From: an uncultured Gammaproteobacteria bacterium
Lineage (GTDB): Bacteria > Patescibacteriota > Patescibacteriia > Magasanikbacterales > GWA2-37-8
NCBI GenBank assembly: GCA_964355175.1
Contig: CAYHBZ010000002.1
Coordinates: forward strand, 119,189-183,188
Reading direction: 5' to 3'
DNA length: 64,000 nt
Shown here: piece by piece, positions 38,203-48,155 of the stretch
Numbering within the stretch: position 1 is the first letter of the stretch
Layout of the letters: each line of letters begins with the position of its first letter
Program-made: the position numbers and the translations under genes
The notes under the pieces: generated by a model
The model's database searches: none
Seen by the model: the letters and a program-made list of their open reading frames with translations, nothing else
Told to the model about the DNA's origin: nothing

Positions 38203-38340
38203 ATGATGCCTGGGGCTGTGAAAATTCTTCCTGAGTGGATAGGTTTTGTAGTTGATTTCATCATCGATCATCCCAAGAAATTGGGTTTTCTGATCGGCCT
38301 GCTGATTGTAGGAGGCGCCGTTTGGTGGCTCTGCTCTTGA
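38203..38340 (+). CDS. 45-aa small membrane protein (unit B)
   Basis: MMPGAVKILPEWIGFVVDFIIDHPKKLGFLIGLLIVGGAVWWLCS*; promoter TTGACA 38134/TAGTTT 38157; GGAG 10 nt upstream; below the ORF-track cutoff. Confidence 0.6.
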   Translation: MMPGAVKILPEWIGFVVDFIIDHPKKLGFLIGLLIVGGAVWWLCS

Positions 38341-38468
38341 GCCTCCATCCGTCAACGCGCTCCCCCGACTTGGTCGGGGGCGGGAAGGAAGTTAAAACCA
38401 CCCACTACTCACTTTGGGGCTAAGATTTGGCCATAGAGTGAGGAGGATTTTCGGGTGGTTTTGCTTTC

Positions 38469-38497
38469 TTGACAAAATAGCTCAAAAGGTATATAAT
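38469..38497 (+). promoter_or_regulatory. rpsA promoter
   Basis: TTGACA-17 bp-TATAAT. Confidence 0.85.
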
Positions 38498-38594
38498 CAC
38501 CTCATAAAATTAAACATTCAAGCCAGCCCAATTTAGTGGCTAGCACTCTATCCTGACTAAGATCAGGAAGGGATAAGCATTGTTTTTTTGTTAT

Positions 38595-39746
38595 ATGACA
38601 GACGTAAACAAAAATGGCGCCAAGCAAGACTTCAAAACCTTGTTACAAAACATGGCGATCAACGTGCCAAAAGTTGGCGACGTAGTAAAAGGAAAAGTGC
38701 TTTCCGCTGATCGCGGTGAAGTGCGTATTGATATTGAAGGTGTGACTACCGGTGTTGTCCGTGGTCGCGAACTTTTTGTAGAATCCCGCGAATATGCCAA
38801 CCTCAAGGCTGACGATGAAGTGGAAGCTACAGTAATCGATCTTGAAAATGAAAATGGTGAAATGGAATTATCTTTCCGTATCGCTGGTTTTGCCCGCGCT
38901 TGGGATAATATGCGCAAATGGATGAAAGAAAGTCTTACTATCAAAGCTAAAGTTTTGTCCGCCAACAAAGGTGGTGTAATGATGCAGGTGGGTGCGATTG
39001 CTGGTTTTATGCCAGTGTCCCAGCTTTCTCCTGATCACTATCCACGCGTAACCGGTGGCGACAAAAATCGCATCTTGGATAAATTGCGTGAACTTTCTGG
39101 TAAAGAATTTGAAGTCAAAGTAATTGACGTCGATGAAAAAGACGAAAAATTAATCGTTTCCGAACGCGCTGTTTGGGAAGATTCTCAGAAAGCTGTACTT
39201 GAAGCTTATAAGATTGGCGATATCGTCGATGGCGAAATATCCGCTCTTACTTCATTTGGTGCTTTCATGAAATTTGGTGATGGCCTGGAAGGCTTGGTCC
39301 ATATTTCTGAAATCGCTTGGCAGAGAATTGATCACCCGAAAGATGTTCTCAAAGTTGGTGATCAGGTAAAAGCTCAGATTATCCAGCTCGATCACTCCAA
39401 AATTTATTTGTCTTTGAAACGCTTGGTAGATGATCCTTGGAAGCAGGTAAAAGAAAAATACAAGATGGGTGAAAAGGTAAAAGGTAAAGTGCTCAAAATT
39501 GAACCGTTTGGTTTGATGGTAGCCTTGGATGCCGATATCCATGGTTTGGCTCATATCTCTGAACTTTCTGATGATCCAATTTCCAATATTCACGATAAAT
39601 TTAAATTGGGACAAGAATTGGAATTTGAAGTGGTTTCCTTGGAACCAGCCGAACATCGCTTGGGTCTCAAAGTGGCCGGCGTGAAAGGCAAGGCTAAGAA
39701 AGAAGAAAAGAAGCCGGAAGCTAAAGAAGAAGCTAAGGTTGAATAA
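38595..39746 (+). CDS. rpsA: 30S ribosomal protein S1 (four S1 domains)
   Basis: start MTDVNK; repeated S1 motifs GDVVKGKV, NKGG, GFMPVSQL, FGAF..GLEGLVHISEI, GLAHISEL. Confidence 0.93.
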   Translation: MTDVNKNGAKQDFKTLLQNMAINVPKVGDVVKGKVLSADRGEVRIDIEGVTTGVVRGRELFVESREYANLKADDEVEATVIDLENENGEMELSFRIAGFARAWDNMRKWMKESLTIKAKVLSANKGGVMMQVGAIAGFMPVSQLSPDHYPRVTGGDKNRILDKLRELSGKEFEVKVIDVDEKDEKLIVSERAVWEDSQKAVLEAYKIGDIVDGEISALTSFGAFMKFGDGLEGLVHISEIAWQRIDHPKDVLKVGDQVKAQIIQLDHSKIYLSLKRLVDDPWKQVKEKYKMGEKVKGKVLKIEPFGLMVALDADIHGLAHISELSDDPISNIHDKFKLGQELEFEVVSLEPAEHRLGLKVAGVKGKAKKEEKKPEAKEEAKVE

Positions 39747-39762
39747 TATAAAAAATTAGTTA

Positions 39763-39791
39763 AAAACCGTCCTAAAGTTAGGGCGGTTTTT
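39763..39791 (+). terminator. rpsA terminator
   Basis: AAAACCGTCCTAA-AG-TTAGGGCGGTTTTT. Confidence 0.75.
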
Positions 39792-39857
39792 ATATTGACT
39801 TTTTATTATTTTTGTAGTACTATTTTTTAGGTTTCGTGGTCTAATAGTGGGGGTGGT

Positions 39858-40328
39858 ATGCAAGCGAAAAGGATGGGTCTAGCGTCTGATCGTCTCGCCG
39901 GAATCCTGTATCCAGTGGAATCACTGGTGGTGCAAGACAAGCCGGTGTCCGCAAACTTCGGACTGGATCGAATCGAGTTCGTTCCGGTTCTCAAACAGGA
40001 GGAGAGTTGTATCAGCGGGAAGGAGTTTTTAGGACGCGTGAAGACCTTGGGAGGTGAATTCGGTCTCTGTGACATTGAGGTGTTGATCGGTGACCAACAG
40101 AACCTGTCGACGGATCTGCGTGACAAGGAGATCTACTTCGTCGCGGCTCGAGTTTTTAATCCAACCACGCAAGAGATCAGCATTCCCTACATGGCGTTCA
40201 GCGAAAATCGCCAGAGTTGGGTCGTCCGTTTCCATTCGGTGGGAATCTATCGTGGCGATGGCGATGGCTGTGCCGTCATGGTCTCGATTTTCTACTCGAA
40301 CAGTTTGGTGCCCAGGTTTAAAGCCTGA
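39858..40328 (+). CDS. GC-rich hypothetical protein (unit C)
   Basis: own promoter TTGACT 39795/TACTAT 39818, GGGGGTGG SD-like motif, GC-ending codons. Confidence 0.7.
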   Translation: MQAKRMGLASDRLAGILYPVESLVVQDKPVSANFGLDRIEFVPVLKQEESCISGKEFLGRVKTLGGEFGLCDIEVLIGDQQNLSTDLRDKEIYFVAARVFNPTTQEISIPYMAFSENRQSWVVRFHSVGIYRGDGDGCAVMVSIFYSNSLVPRFKA

Positions 40329-40565
40329 ACCACCAAATTAACCCCATTCATATGTTGAGTTTGCTCCATATGGATGGGCGGGATTTAAAATCACCCACTA
40401 TCGCTATTTAAAAATATTTTAATGTTTTTAAATAGCGTGGGTGATTTTTTATTTGAAAAGGCCTTTACTCTTGATTATTTGGAAGTTTTCAGGTAGAATC
40501 ATTGTATTAATTACTACTATATAATAGGATAGTAAAGCGACTGATTTCCTATCTAACTTAAATTT

Positions 40566-42407
40566 ATGAAAAACTTTTTAAAGAATTTTTTGGCTGTATT
40601 TCTGGTACTACTTGTAGTGGCGGGAGTTTTGGGTTTGACCCGTACTGGCCAAGATAAAAAACCAGAAAATGTGGATATAGCAAAATTGGTACAGGAAATA
40701 AATGCCGGCACGGTGAAAAAAGTAACAGTGCAAGGTGATACTCTGACTGCGGAACTGAAAGATCCAAATGCTAAACCACAAGTGGTAAAAAAAGAAATGG
40801 GTGAATCTTTTGGTGATTTAATGAAAAATTACGGCGTGTCTGATGCCGCTCGCGCCGGTGTGGCCGTAGAAGTAAAAGATGAAAGCTCTTGGAAATTTTG
40901 GGCGGGGAATTTATTGCCGGCAATTATTCCTCTGGTTATTATCATGGTATTTTTATATTTCATGACTCGCAGTGTGCAGGGCGGCAATAATAAAGCCATG
41001 GGTTTTGGTCAGAGCAATCCGAAACAATTTGATCCGGAAAACAAAGGTAAGAAAACTTTTGCCGATGTGGCCGGAGCTAAAGAAGCCAAACAAGAATTGG
41101 AAGAAATTGTGGATTTTCTCAAAGATCCAAAAAAGTTTGCCGATATTGGCGCTAAAATTCCAAAAGGTGTATTGCTCATGGGATCTCCGGGTACCGGTAA
41201 AACTTTGATGGCGCGCGCTGTGGCTGGTGAAGCCGGTGTGCCATTCTTCCATATGAGTGGTTCGGAATTTGTGGAAATGTTTGTGGGTGTGGGTGCTAGT
41301 CGTGTGCGTGATCTTTTTGCCAAAGCCAAGAAAGCCGCTCCTGCCATTATATTTATTGATGAAATCGACGCTGTCGGTCGCCGTCGTGGTACTGGCTTGG
41401 GCGGTGGTCATGATGAACGCGAACAAACTCTCAATCAGATCTTGGTAGAAATGGATGGCTTTGAAGCCAACCTTGGTGTGATTATTATGGCCGCTACCAA
41501 TCGTCCGGATGTGCTCGACCCAGCTTTACTTCGTCCTGGTCGTTTTGATCGTCGTGTGACTATTGATATGCCGGATATCAAAGACCGTGAAGAAATTTTG
41601 AAAATTCATGCTCAAGGAAAACCAATGGAGCCGGAAGTTTCTTTGGCCAAATTAGCTCAGCGCACTCCGGGATTTTCCGGTGCGGATTTGGATAATCTTC
41701 TAAATGAAGCGGCCATATTAGCCGTACGTCGTGGCAAGAAAACTGTGGGTGAAAGTGAAGTGCTCGAAAGTGTAGAAAAAGTATTATTGGGACCAGAAAG
41801 AAAAAATCGTGTTACCAGCGAAAGAGATAAAAAGATGACTGCTTATCATGAAGCTGGTCATGCCGTAGTTGGCCATTTTATGGCACACTGTGATCCGATT
41901 CGTAAGGTGTCGGTAATTTCTCGCGGTTCAGCCGGTGGTTATACCTTGCACATGCCGATTGAAGATAAACATTATCAGACAATCGCGCAGTTTAAAGATA
42001 CTTTGGCGATGATGATGGGTGGGTATGTGGTGGAAAAAATGATTTTTGGTGATGAAATGCTTTCTACCGGACCAAGCTCAGATTTGCGCAACGCTACCAA
42101 AACTGCCAGAGCCATGGTGATGCATTATGGTATGAGCTCCAAGCTTGGACCTCGCACTTTTGGTGCGCAGGAAGAAATGATTTTCCTCGGTAAAGAAATT
42201 CACGAACAGCGTGATTATAGTGATGAAACCGCTCGTCAGATTGACGCGGAAATAAAAGAGCTGCTCGATCAAGCCGAAAAACGCGCGCGTGAGATAGTGG
42301 TAAATCAAAAAGCAAAAATGGAAGATTTGGTGGCTGAATTGATGGTCAAAGAAACGGTAGAGCAGGATGATGTGATCAGAATTTTGGGAGACAGACCTCA
42401 GGTTTAA
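40566..42407 (+). CDS. ftsH: ATP-dependent zinc metalloprotease FtsH
   Basis: 2 [46 protein letters not shown]. Confidence 0.98.
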   Translation: MKNFLKNFLAVFLVLLVVAGVLGLTRTGQDKKPENVDIAKLVQEINAGTVKKVTVQGDTLTAELKDPNAKPQVVKKEMGESFGDLMKNYGVSDAARAGVAVEVKDESSWKFWAGNLLPAIIPLVIIMVFLYFMTRSVQGGNNKAMGFGQSNPKQFDPENKGKKTFADVAGAKEAKQELEEIVDFLKDPKKFADIGAKIPKGVLLMGSPGTGKTLMARAVAGEAGVPFFHMSGSEFVEMFVGVGASRVRDLFAKAKKAAPAIIFIDEIDAVGRRRGTGLGGGHDEREQTLNQILVEMDGFEANLGVIIMAATNRPDVLDPALLRPGRFDRRVTIDMPDIKDREEILKIHAQGKPMEPEVSLAKLAQRTPGFSGADLDNLLNEAAILAVRRGKKTVGESEVLESVEKVLLGPERKNRVTSERDKKMTAYHEAGHAVVGHFMAHCDPIRKVSVISRGSAGGYTLHMPIEDKHYQTIAQFKDTLAMMMGGYVVEKMIFGDEMLSTGPSSDLRNATKTARAMVMHYGMSSKLGPRTFGAQEEMIFLGKEIHEQRDYSDETARQIDAEIKELLDQAEKRAREIVVNQKAKMEDLVAELMVKETVEQDDVIRILGDRPQV

Positions 42408-42426
42408 AGAGTATGCTGCGATATTT

Positions 42427-42453
42427 AAAGATGGCCTAATAAGCCATCTTTTT
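42427..42453 (+). terminator. ftsH terminator
   Basis: AAAGATGGC-CTAATAA-GCCATCTTTTT. Confidence 0.75.
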
Positions 42454-42612
42454 ATTGTTTTATATTGACATTTTCATGTAATCGTGTTATTGTGCTTTGT
42501 TGTTCTTTTAATTGGAGCAGATACATATAAGAAGATTTTTTTAGTCTTTTTATAAGTGTCTGTTCTGGTCTAAACCCAACGCGCTGTGTGCGCAAATTTC
42601 TAGGAGCTTACC

Positions 42613-43191
42613 GTGAGCAAGCAACTGTGGATCATGTGTCTGGTGGCGATCGTGTCTGGCGGTTGCGCTGACTTCAGCGTGCCTTCCGATCTTCATTTCG
42701 CCTGTCCTGAGCAGTCGTCAGATTGCAATGGGTCGGCGGACTGCCAGATTGGTCAGGGTGACATCGTGTCGCACGACACGACCGGCGACATCCAGCCGGT
42801 GCAACTCGGCAACGAGTGTACGCAGAACACCGACTGCGACGACGACCAATGCTGGACCGGCGACTACTGTGTGCTGGGTAAGTGCAAACACGCAGGCTAC
42901 GGCGGTTGTGGCGGTGGTCCAGGCGAGTGTGAAGTCAATTCGGACTGTGATGACGCCAACACCTGTACTACCGACAGTTGCTTCCCGCTGTACAGCTCCT
43001 GCCAGTATCAGGCTTTGCCGTTTCAAGTCTGTGAGGACGGCAATACTTGCTTCGCTGACAAGTTGTGCACCATCGAAGGTGTGTGTGCGGGTACGAACCT
43101 GTGCGATGACGACGACCCCTGCACCTACGATTATTGTGATGATTTCAAGAAGTGCGCGCACAAAGGGCCGATCACCGGCTGTAACCCCTGA
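42613..43191 (+). CDS. GC-rich cysteine-rich repeat lipoprotein (unit D)
   Basis: GTG start with AGGAG SD; lipobox VSGGC; repeats CDDDQCWTGDYC, CDDANTCTTDSC, CEDGNTCFADKLC, CDDDDPCTYDYC. Confidence 0.8.
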   Translation: MSKQLWIMCLVAIVSGGCADFSVPSDLHFACPEQSSDCNGSADCQIGQGDIVSHDTTGDIQPVQLGNECTQNTDCDDDQCWTGDYCVLGKCKHAGYGGCGGGPGECEVNSDCDDANTCTTDSCFPLYSSCQYQALPFQVCEDGNTCFADKLCTIEGVCAGTNLCDDDDPCTYDYCDDFKKCAHKGPITGCNP

Positions 43192-43386
43192 ACTACTGCT
43201 TTGGGCAATAAAGAAATTGAGCCCAAACAGTGTAGGGAAGCAGCGGGATCTTTAAGAGACCGTTCGCCAACCTACTTTGTTTCCAAATTTTTGGTGACAG
43301 AGTAGGGCGAACGGTTTTTTGTTTTTCAAAAATATGCTATAATAATATTCAAGAGGGCAAAGTTAATTGCCAATTGTTATTGCATT

Positions 43387-44355
43387 ATGCACGAGCCAAC
43401 TTTTCGCCAAGCGTTGTCACATTCTTGGACACTGGTGAAGCAAAAAAAGTCTTTATGGATTTTTGGTTTGTTGTCCGCGGTGATTGGACAATGGGGACTC
43501 AGTGATTTTTTGGGAGCATTTTATCGCACCGCGAAAAATGGTTTTTATTTTTTTAATCAACAAACATTTTCTTCTTTTTATTTAGGTTTAGACTGGCATA
43601 AGTTGGTAGTGATTTTACTGTCTTTATGGTTGCTTGGAATAATTTTATTATTGGCAATCAGTTTGGTGTTTGTCGCCACTGGCGCGCGCGGAGCCATTAT
43701 TTCTTACGCGATTCATTACTATAAAACCGGTAAAGTTTTGGCACTGCACGATGCTTGGCATAAAGGTGTAAAGAAATTTGGCGCGTTGTTATCCGTCACG
43801 GTGTTGAGTAGATTTTTTCAAGTAGTTGATTTGGGATTGTTTTCAATTTTAGCACGAATGATTTTAAGAAATGATAATTTTGCTTCCAGTTTTTTGGTTG
43901 TGATGGTGGCCGCTTTGGCGATATTGATCGCTCTGTTGCTTGAGGCCACGGCAATTTATGCTAGTGGATATATTTTGCTTGAGAATAAAAGTATTAAAGA
44001 GTCTTTGAAAAAAGGCTGGGCACTTTTGTCGGACCATCTCTTGGTTTCGCTTGAGCTTGGATTGGTTTTGGTGCTTTTAAATGTATTATTTTTGGGTGTG
44101 GCGGTTTACGGATCTTTTGTGGCTTTTGTGCCGTCGCTTGTCGTGTGGATTATTGCCGGTTTGACCGGGTTCAATGCTTTGGTTGCTTTTGGTATGTATA
44201 CCGGCATGGTGTTATACACCGCCATTATTTTGGTAGCTGCCGGTATTTTCAACGCCTTTGTTACTTGTGCCTGGGTGTATTTATTTATGAAGATGCATCA
44301 CGAAGGATTGCCTAGTCGCACCATCATTTTTTTGAAAAAGTTTTTTAGAATGTAA
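43387..44355 (+). CDS. multi-pass membrane protein of unknown function
   Basis: about 6-7 TM; AL..SW..V...K.LWIFG start; SIKESLKKGW.L motif. Confidence 0.8.
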   Translation: MHEPTFRQALSHSWTLVKQKKSLWIFGLLSAVIGQWGLSDFLGAFYRTAKNGFYFFNQQTFSSFYLGLDWHKLVVILLSLWLLGIILLLAISLVFVATGARGAIISYAIHYYKTGKVLALHDAWHKGVKKFGALLSVTVLSRFFQVVDLGLFSILARMILRNDNFASSFLVVMVAALAILIALLLEATAIYASGYILLENKSIKESLKKGWALLSDHLLVSLELGLVLVLLNVLFLGVAVYGSFVAFVPSLVVWIIAGLTGFNALVAFGMYTGMVLYTAIILVAAGIFNAFVTCAWVYLFMKMHHEGLPSRTIIFLKKFFRM

Positions 44356-44360
44356 TAATT

Positions 44361-46088
44361 ATGTCCTCGGATTTTCCCTCTATCGGAAATTTACTCCAGA
44401 AACCCGCTGATGATAAGGCGCCTGCGCAGCCTGTGGCCGCTGATAAAGACAACACGGCTAAGTTTACGCAGAAGATGAAGAAAATTGAGCTCAAAGAAAA
44501 AGAAGAAATTACCGCGCAAAACGCGGCCCAACTCGGTCTTCAGTATATTGATCTCAGTGCTTTTCCAGTGTCAGCCGAATCTCTGCGTAGTATTCCACAA
44601 GATGTCGCTCAAGAGCGCGGTGTGATTTGTTTTTATTCTACGCCCGAGGAATTGAGAGTGGGTATACTTGAACCGAGCGAAGAGCTCGGGCAATTTATTT
44701 TTGATTTAGGCGAGCGACATCATGCCAAAACTACAATTTATTTGGTCTCTGAAAATAGTTTTGAACATGTTTTGAAATTATATGATAATTTGCCGATTGT
44801 AAAAGAAATCACCAAAGATATTAGCATTACCGATGATGATTTGGCGAAGTTTGGTGAAGATATAAATAATTTACAAAAATTACAGGAAAAATTTGTGGAT
44901 GTATCCGTGACCGATATTTTGATTTTAATGATTGCGGCCGCGTTGAAAATTAATTCTTCCGATGTCCATGTGGAAGCCGAAGAAAGCGGTATCGCGGTGC
45001 GCTATCGTATTGATGGTATTTTGCACGATGTAGCCACTTTGCCCAAAGAACAATGGAAGCGTTTTGTATCGCGTATTAAATTACTGGCCGCGTTGAAAAT
45101 TAATGTTACCGATAAGCCTCAGGATGGTCGTGTAACCTTGCGTTTGGGTAGTGGGACTCTCGATGTGCGTGTTTCTACTTTGCCGACTATTCATGGCGAG
45201 AGTGTGGTAATGCGTATTTTGCACAGTGGTAGCAAAGGTGTTACTTATGATGAGCTTGGTTTGCGCGGCGAGGCTTATGAGAAATTGAAAAAAGAAGTAG
45301 AGCGACCAAATGGCATGATTATTACCACCGGTCCTACTGGTAGTGGTAAGACTACTACCCTATATGGTATTTTGCGTACGCTAAATAAACCAGGTGTGAA
45401 GATTATTACTTTGGAAGATCCTATTGAAATTAAAATGAATGGTATTAACCAAAGTCAGGTGGATATTTCTCGTGATTATACTTTTGCCAAAGGTTTGCGT
45501 AGTATTTTGCGTCAGGATCCGGATATTTGTATGGTGGGTGAAATCCGCGACCTAGAGAGTGCCGAGATCGCTATTCAGGCCGCGCTTACTGGTCACTTAA
45601 TGCTGTCTACTATCCATACCAATAGTGCCTCTGGTGCTGTTCCTCGTTTCCTGTCTATGGGTGTGAAGCCATTTTTGTTGGCTCCGGCTCTCAACGCCGT
45701 GATTGGTCAGCGTTTGGTGCGTAGAATTTGTCAGAATTGTGTAGTGGAAGATGCGGTGGGACCAGAAACTCTGCGCCAGGCCACTGAATTGTTGGAAAAA
45801 ATGCCACCAGCAGAAAAAGCCAAGGTAGATATGACTAATTTGCATTTTTATAAAGGCGCCGGGTGTGAGCAGTGTAGTGGTCTAGGATATAAAGGCCGTA
45901 TTGGTATCTATGAAATCTTTATTATGACCAAAGAAGTAGAGCAGATTATTTTGAGCGCCCAAGTTTCTGAATATACTATCCAAGAAATTGCGGTAAAAAA
46001 TGGGATGGTTACTATGGCCCAAGATGGTGTGCTCAAGGCGCTTGATAAAATTACTTCGCTCTACGAAGTATTTAGGGTAAGTCAGTAG
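44361..46088 (+). CDS. pilB: GspE/PilB family type IV pilus assembly ATPase
   Basis: SDVHVE, RYRIDG.L, PQDGR, TGPTGSGKTTTLY, TLEDPIE, LRQDPDI.MVGEIRD, TGHL.LST.HTN, two CxxC pairs, GYKGRIGIYE. Confidence 0.93.
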   Translation: MSSDFPSIGNLLQKPADDKAPAQPVAADKDNTAKFTQKMKKIELKEKEEITAQNAAQLGLQYIDLSAFPVSAESLRSIPQDVAQERGVICFYSTPEELRVGILEPSEELGQFIFDLGERHHAKTTIYLVSENSFEHVLKLYDNLPIVKEITKDISITDDDLAKFGEDINNLQKLQEKFVDVSVTDILILMIAAALKINSSDVHVEAEESGIAVRYRIDGILHDVATLPKEQWKRFVSRIKLLAALKINVTDKPQDGRVTLRLGSGTLDVRVSTLPTIHGESVVMRILHSGSKGVTYDELGLRGEAYEKLKKEVERPNGMIITTGPTGSGKTTTLYGILRTLNKPGVKIITLEDPIEIKMNGINQSQVDISRDYTFAKGLRSILRQDPDICMVGEIRDLESAEIAIQAALTGHLMLSTIHTNSASGAVPRFLSMGVKPFLLAPALNAVIGQRLVRRICQNCVVEDAVGPETLRQATELLEKMPPAEKAKVDMTNLHFYKGAGCEQCSGLGYKGRIGIYEIFIMTKEVEQIILSAQVSEYTIQEIAVKNGMVTMAQDGVLKALDKITSLYEVFRVSQ

Positions 46089-46146
46089 TCGTTTTTTTGA
46101 TTTTGTGGTATAATTATTTTAGCTTGTAAAATATTTTATTTTAAAT

Positions 46147-47286
46147 ATGCGTGTTCGTCACACTGAAACCAGAGAGCTATATGCTCAGCCCTCGGTTGGT
46201 TTCTATCGTACTATTGCACTATCATTTTTGGTTTTAACTGTAGTGTTGCTCGGAGTAGTGGTGCTAATTACTTCTAAAAAAGCGACTATTACTATCATGG
46301 CCAAGGAAGATACGCGCAGTGTGAATATGAATGTGAAAGTAGCCGCTATTGCTGACGGCAAAGAAACAATCTCCGGTTTGGTTTCTTCAAGTGTGGTAAA
46401 TTTTTCTCAAAAATATTTTCCTACCGGTTCCAAAACTATCGAAGGTATAGCCGGTGGTGAGGTAATGCTTTTCAATAAGACCAACGAATCTCAAACTCTG
46501 GTAAAGACTACACGTTTATTAACTCCAAGCGGAGTCTTGTTTCGTTTGAGTGATAAAGTAACAATACCTGCCAATGGTGAAATAAAAGTGCAGGTCTATG
46601 CCGATAAGGCCGGCAAGGATAGTAATGTTGGCCCAAGTACCTTTACTATTCCTGGTTTGGCCACTGACAAACAAAAAGTAATTTATGCTCAGAGTACAGT
46701 GGCGATGGACAACGCGGTGCGCCAGGTAGGTATTCTCACGGAAGCAGATGTTCAGGCGGCGCAAAAAGATTTTGAACAAAAAATTAAAGAACAATACGCG
46801 GCCAGCTCTACGGACTCAATGTATAAGGTGGTATCAGTCTTGAACCTCAATCCGATAGTAGATAAAAAAGTGGGTGATGAGGTGGATGGATTTTCTCTAA
46901 GTGGCACTAGTACAGTGGTGGTAGTGAGCTATAATAAACAAAGTCTAAATGATTTGATATCCGGAGCCGTATCTTCCAAGGTGGATGGCAGTTTGGAAAA
47001 AGTGCTCAATATTACCAGTGATCCAAAAGTGGCGATGGCTTCATATAATGCTGTTGGTAATAGTGCGCAGATCTCGGTGAACCAAGATGTGATGGTGACA
47101 CTTGATGCTAACGCTGAAAAACTTTCCCCACAATATTTTATGGGTAAAACAAAAGATGAGATTGAAAGGTATGTTTTTGAGCTTGATCATGTGGCCGGCG
47201 TGCAGGTAGACTTTACTCCTTCGTGGAGTTCTAAAGCCCCAACTGTGCCGGATAAGATCAAGATAATAGTGAAGGATATAAAATAA
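46147..47286 (+). CDS. membrane-anchored baseplate J-like protein
   Basis: N-terminal TM; A.GEV.LFN...QTLVKTTRL....GVLFRL..KVTIPA...V.V.AD..G...NVG...FTIPGL. Confidence 0.65.
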   Translation: MRVRHTETRELYAQPSVGFYRTIALSFLVLTVVLLGVVVLITSKKATITIMAKEDTRSVNMNVKVAAIADGKETISGLVSSSVVNFSQKYFPTGSKTIEGIAGGEVMLFNKTNESQTLVKTTRLLTPSGVLFRLSDKVTIPANGEIKVQVYADKAGKDSNVGPSTFTIPGLATDKQKVIYAQSTVAMDNAVRQVGILTEADVQAAQKDFEQKIKEQYAASSTDSMYKVVSVLNLNPIVDKKVGDEVDGFSLSGTSTVVVVSYNKQSLNDLISGAVSSKVDGSLEKVLNITSDPKVAMASYNAVGNSAQISVNQDVMVTLDANAEKLSPQYFMGKTKDEIERYVFELDHVAGVQVDFTPSWSSKAPTVPDKIKIIVKDIK

Positions 47287-47311
47287 AATTAATTTTATTT
47301 ATTTAGTATAT

Positions 47312-47908
47312 ATGATCAAGAAAAAAATAGTCAAAAAAAATATAAATAAACCAGATTTTCATATTACCGATCGTGTGCTATTTGTCGCTATGATGTTGCT
47401 TGTTTTTTCGGCCAGCGCTACTTTTGCTGCTACTAAGTCTGTTCCCAAACCAGCTCAGACTAAGTCTGTACCAGCGGCGGCTCCAGCTCCAGTCGCGGCT
47501 TCTTGTGGTGGTAGTGCTTGGTCAAAAGTAATCGTTGGCACAGGAAACGGTAGTGATGTTCAAGAGGTAGGACAGGCCCAATTGAAATTTAAAAAACTAA
47601 CTTTAAGTAAATCACTTTCACAGGCTAATTTGGAAAAGCTCATTACCGACGGCTGTTCTTTTAAAGTAGTAGAGGAGATGTTCGAGTCTGCTGGTGCTTA
47701 TAAAAAGATGAGTTTTGAGTGTTCGTTTGTAAATGTTGCTAATACCGCTGGTTTACCATATTTATTCTCATGTTCTCCTTCGCAAGAAGAAGGTCATAAC
47801 ACCACTTGGTTGCATTACGGTGCCAGTGGTGTTTACTACCATGGCAATGAGGACGCCCAAGATATTGGTGCTGATAAAGTCAATTTTAGTTTATTTACCA
47901 AAAATTAA
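47312..47908 (+). CDS. secreted hypothetical protein
   Basis: signal peptide, TKSVP duplicated PA-rich linker; followed by a terminator at 47917-47948. Confidence 0.72.
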   Translation: MIKKKIVKKNINKPDFHITDRVLFVAMMLLVFSASATFAATKSVPKPAQTKSVPAAAPAPVAASCGGSAWSKVIVGTGNGSDVQEVGQAQLKFKKLTLSKSLSQANLEKLITDGCSFKVVEEMFESAGAYKKMSFECSFVNVANTAGLPYLFSCSPSQEEGHNTTWLHYGASGVYYHGNEDAQDIGADKVNFSLFTKN

Positions 47909-47987
47909 TTTAAACTATAAAATATCCGCTTAATAAGCGGATATTTTATTTATTGACTTTTTTTTGAGATTGTTATATTCTTATATT

Positions 47988-48133
47988 AGGCAATTGAAAC
48001 GGCTACCAACCGTTTTCCGTAAGGATCCCGATTCAGTCGAGACTAAGCCAAAAAATGAGCGAAACTTCGGGTGGAACCGTCTAGGAAATACCTTGACCCC
48101 GATATCTATATTTTAGATATCGGGTTTTTATTT
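47988..48133 (+). promoter_or_regulatory. T-box riboswitch (Thr) upstream of thrS
   Basis: antiterminator TCGGG-TGGAACC-GTC...GAC-CCCGA overlapping terminator CCCGATATCTA/TAGATATCGGG plus T tract; ACC (Thr) at 48005-48007 in the first hairpin loop. Confidence 0.82.
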
Positions 48134-48155
48134 ATACTATTTTTAATTAATTTAT

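Noticed and set aside
42718-43255. Alternative-frame ORFs over the GC-rich genes (also 32037-32483, 40090-40341 and 56955-57281)
   Set aside because: Expected by-product of high GC3; the chosen frames have SD, sensible protein features and 3' structures.
46147-47286. Prophage or contractile injection system suggested by the baseplate J-like gene
   Set aside because: Single TM-anchored gene among housekeeping genes with no sheath, tube, capsid or integrase; this type is common in CPR chromosomes.
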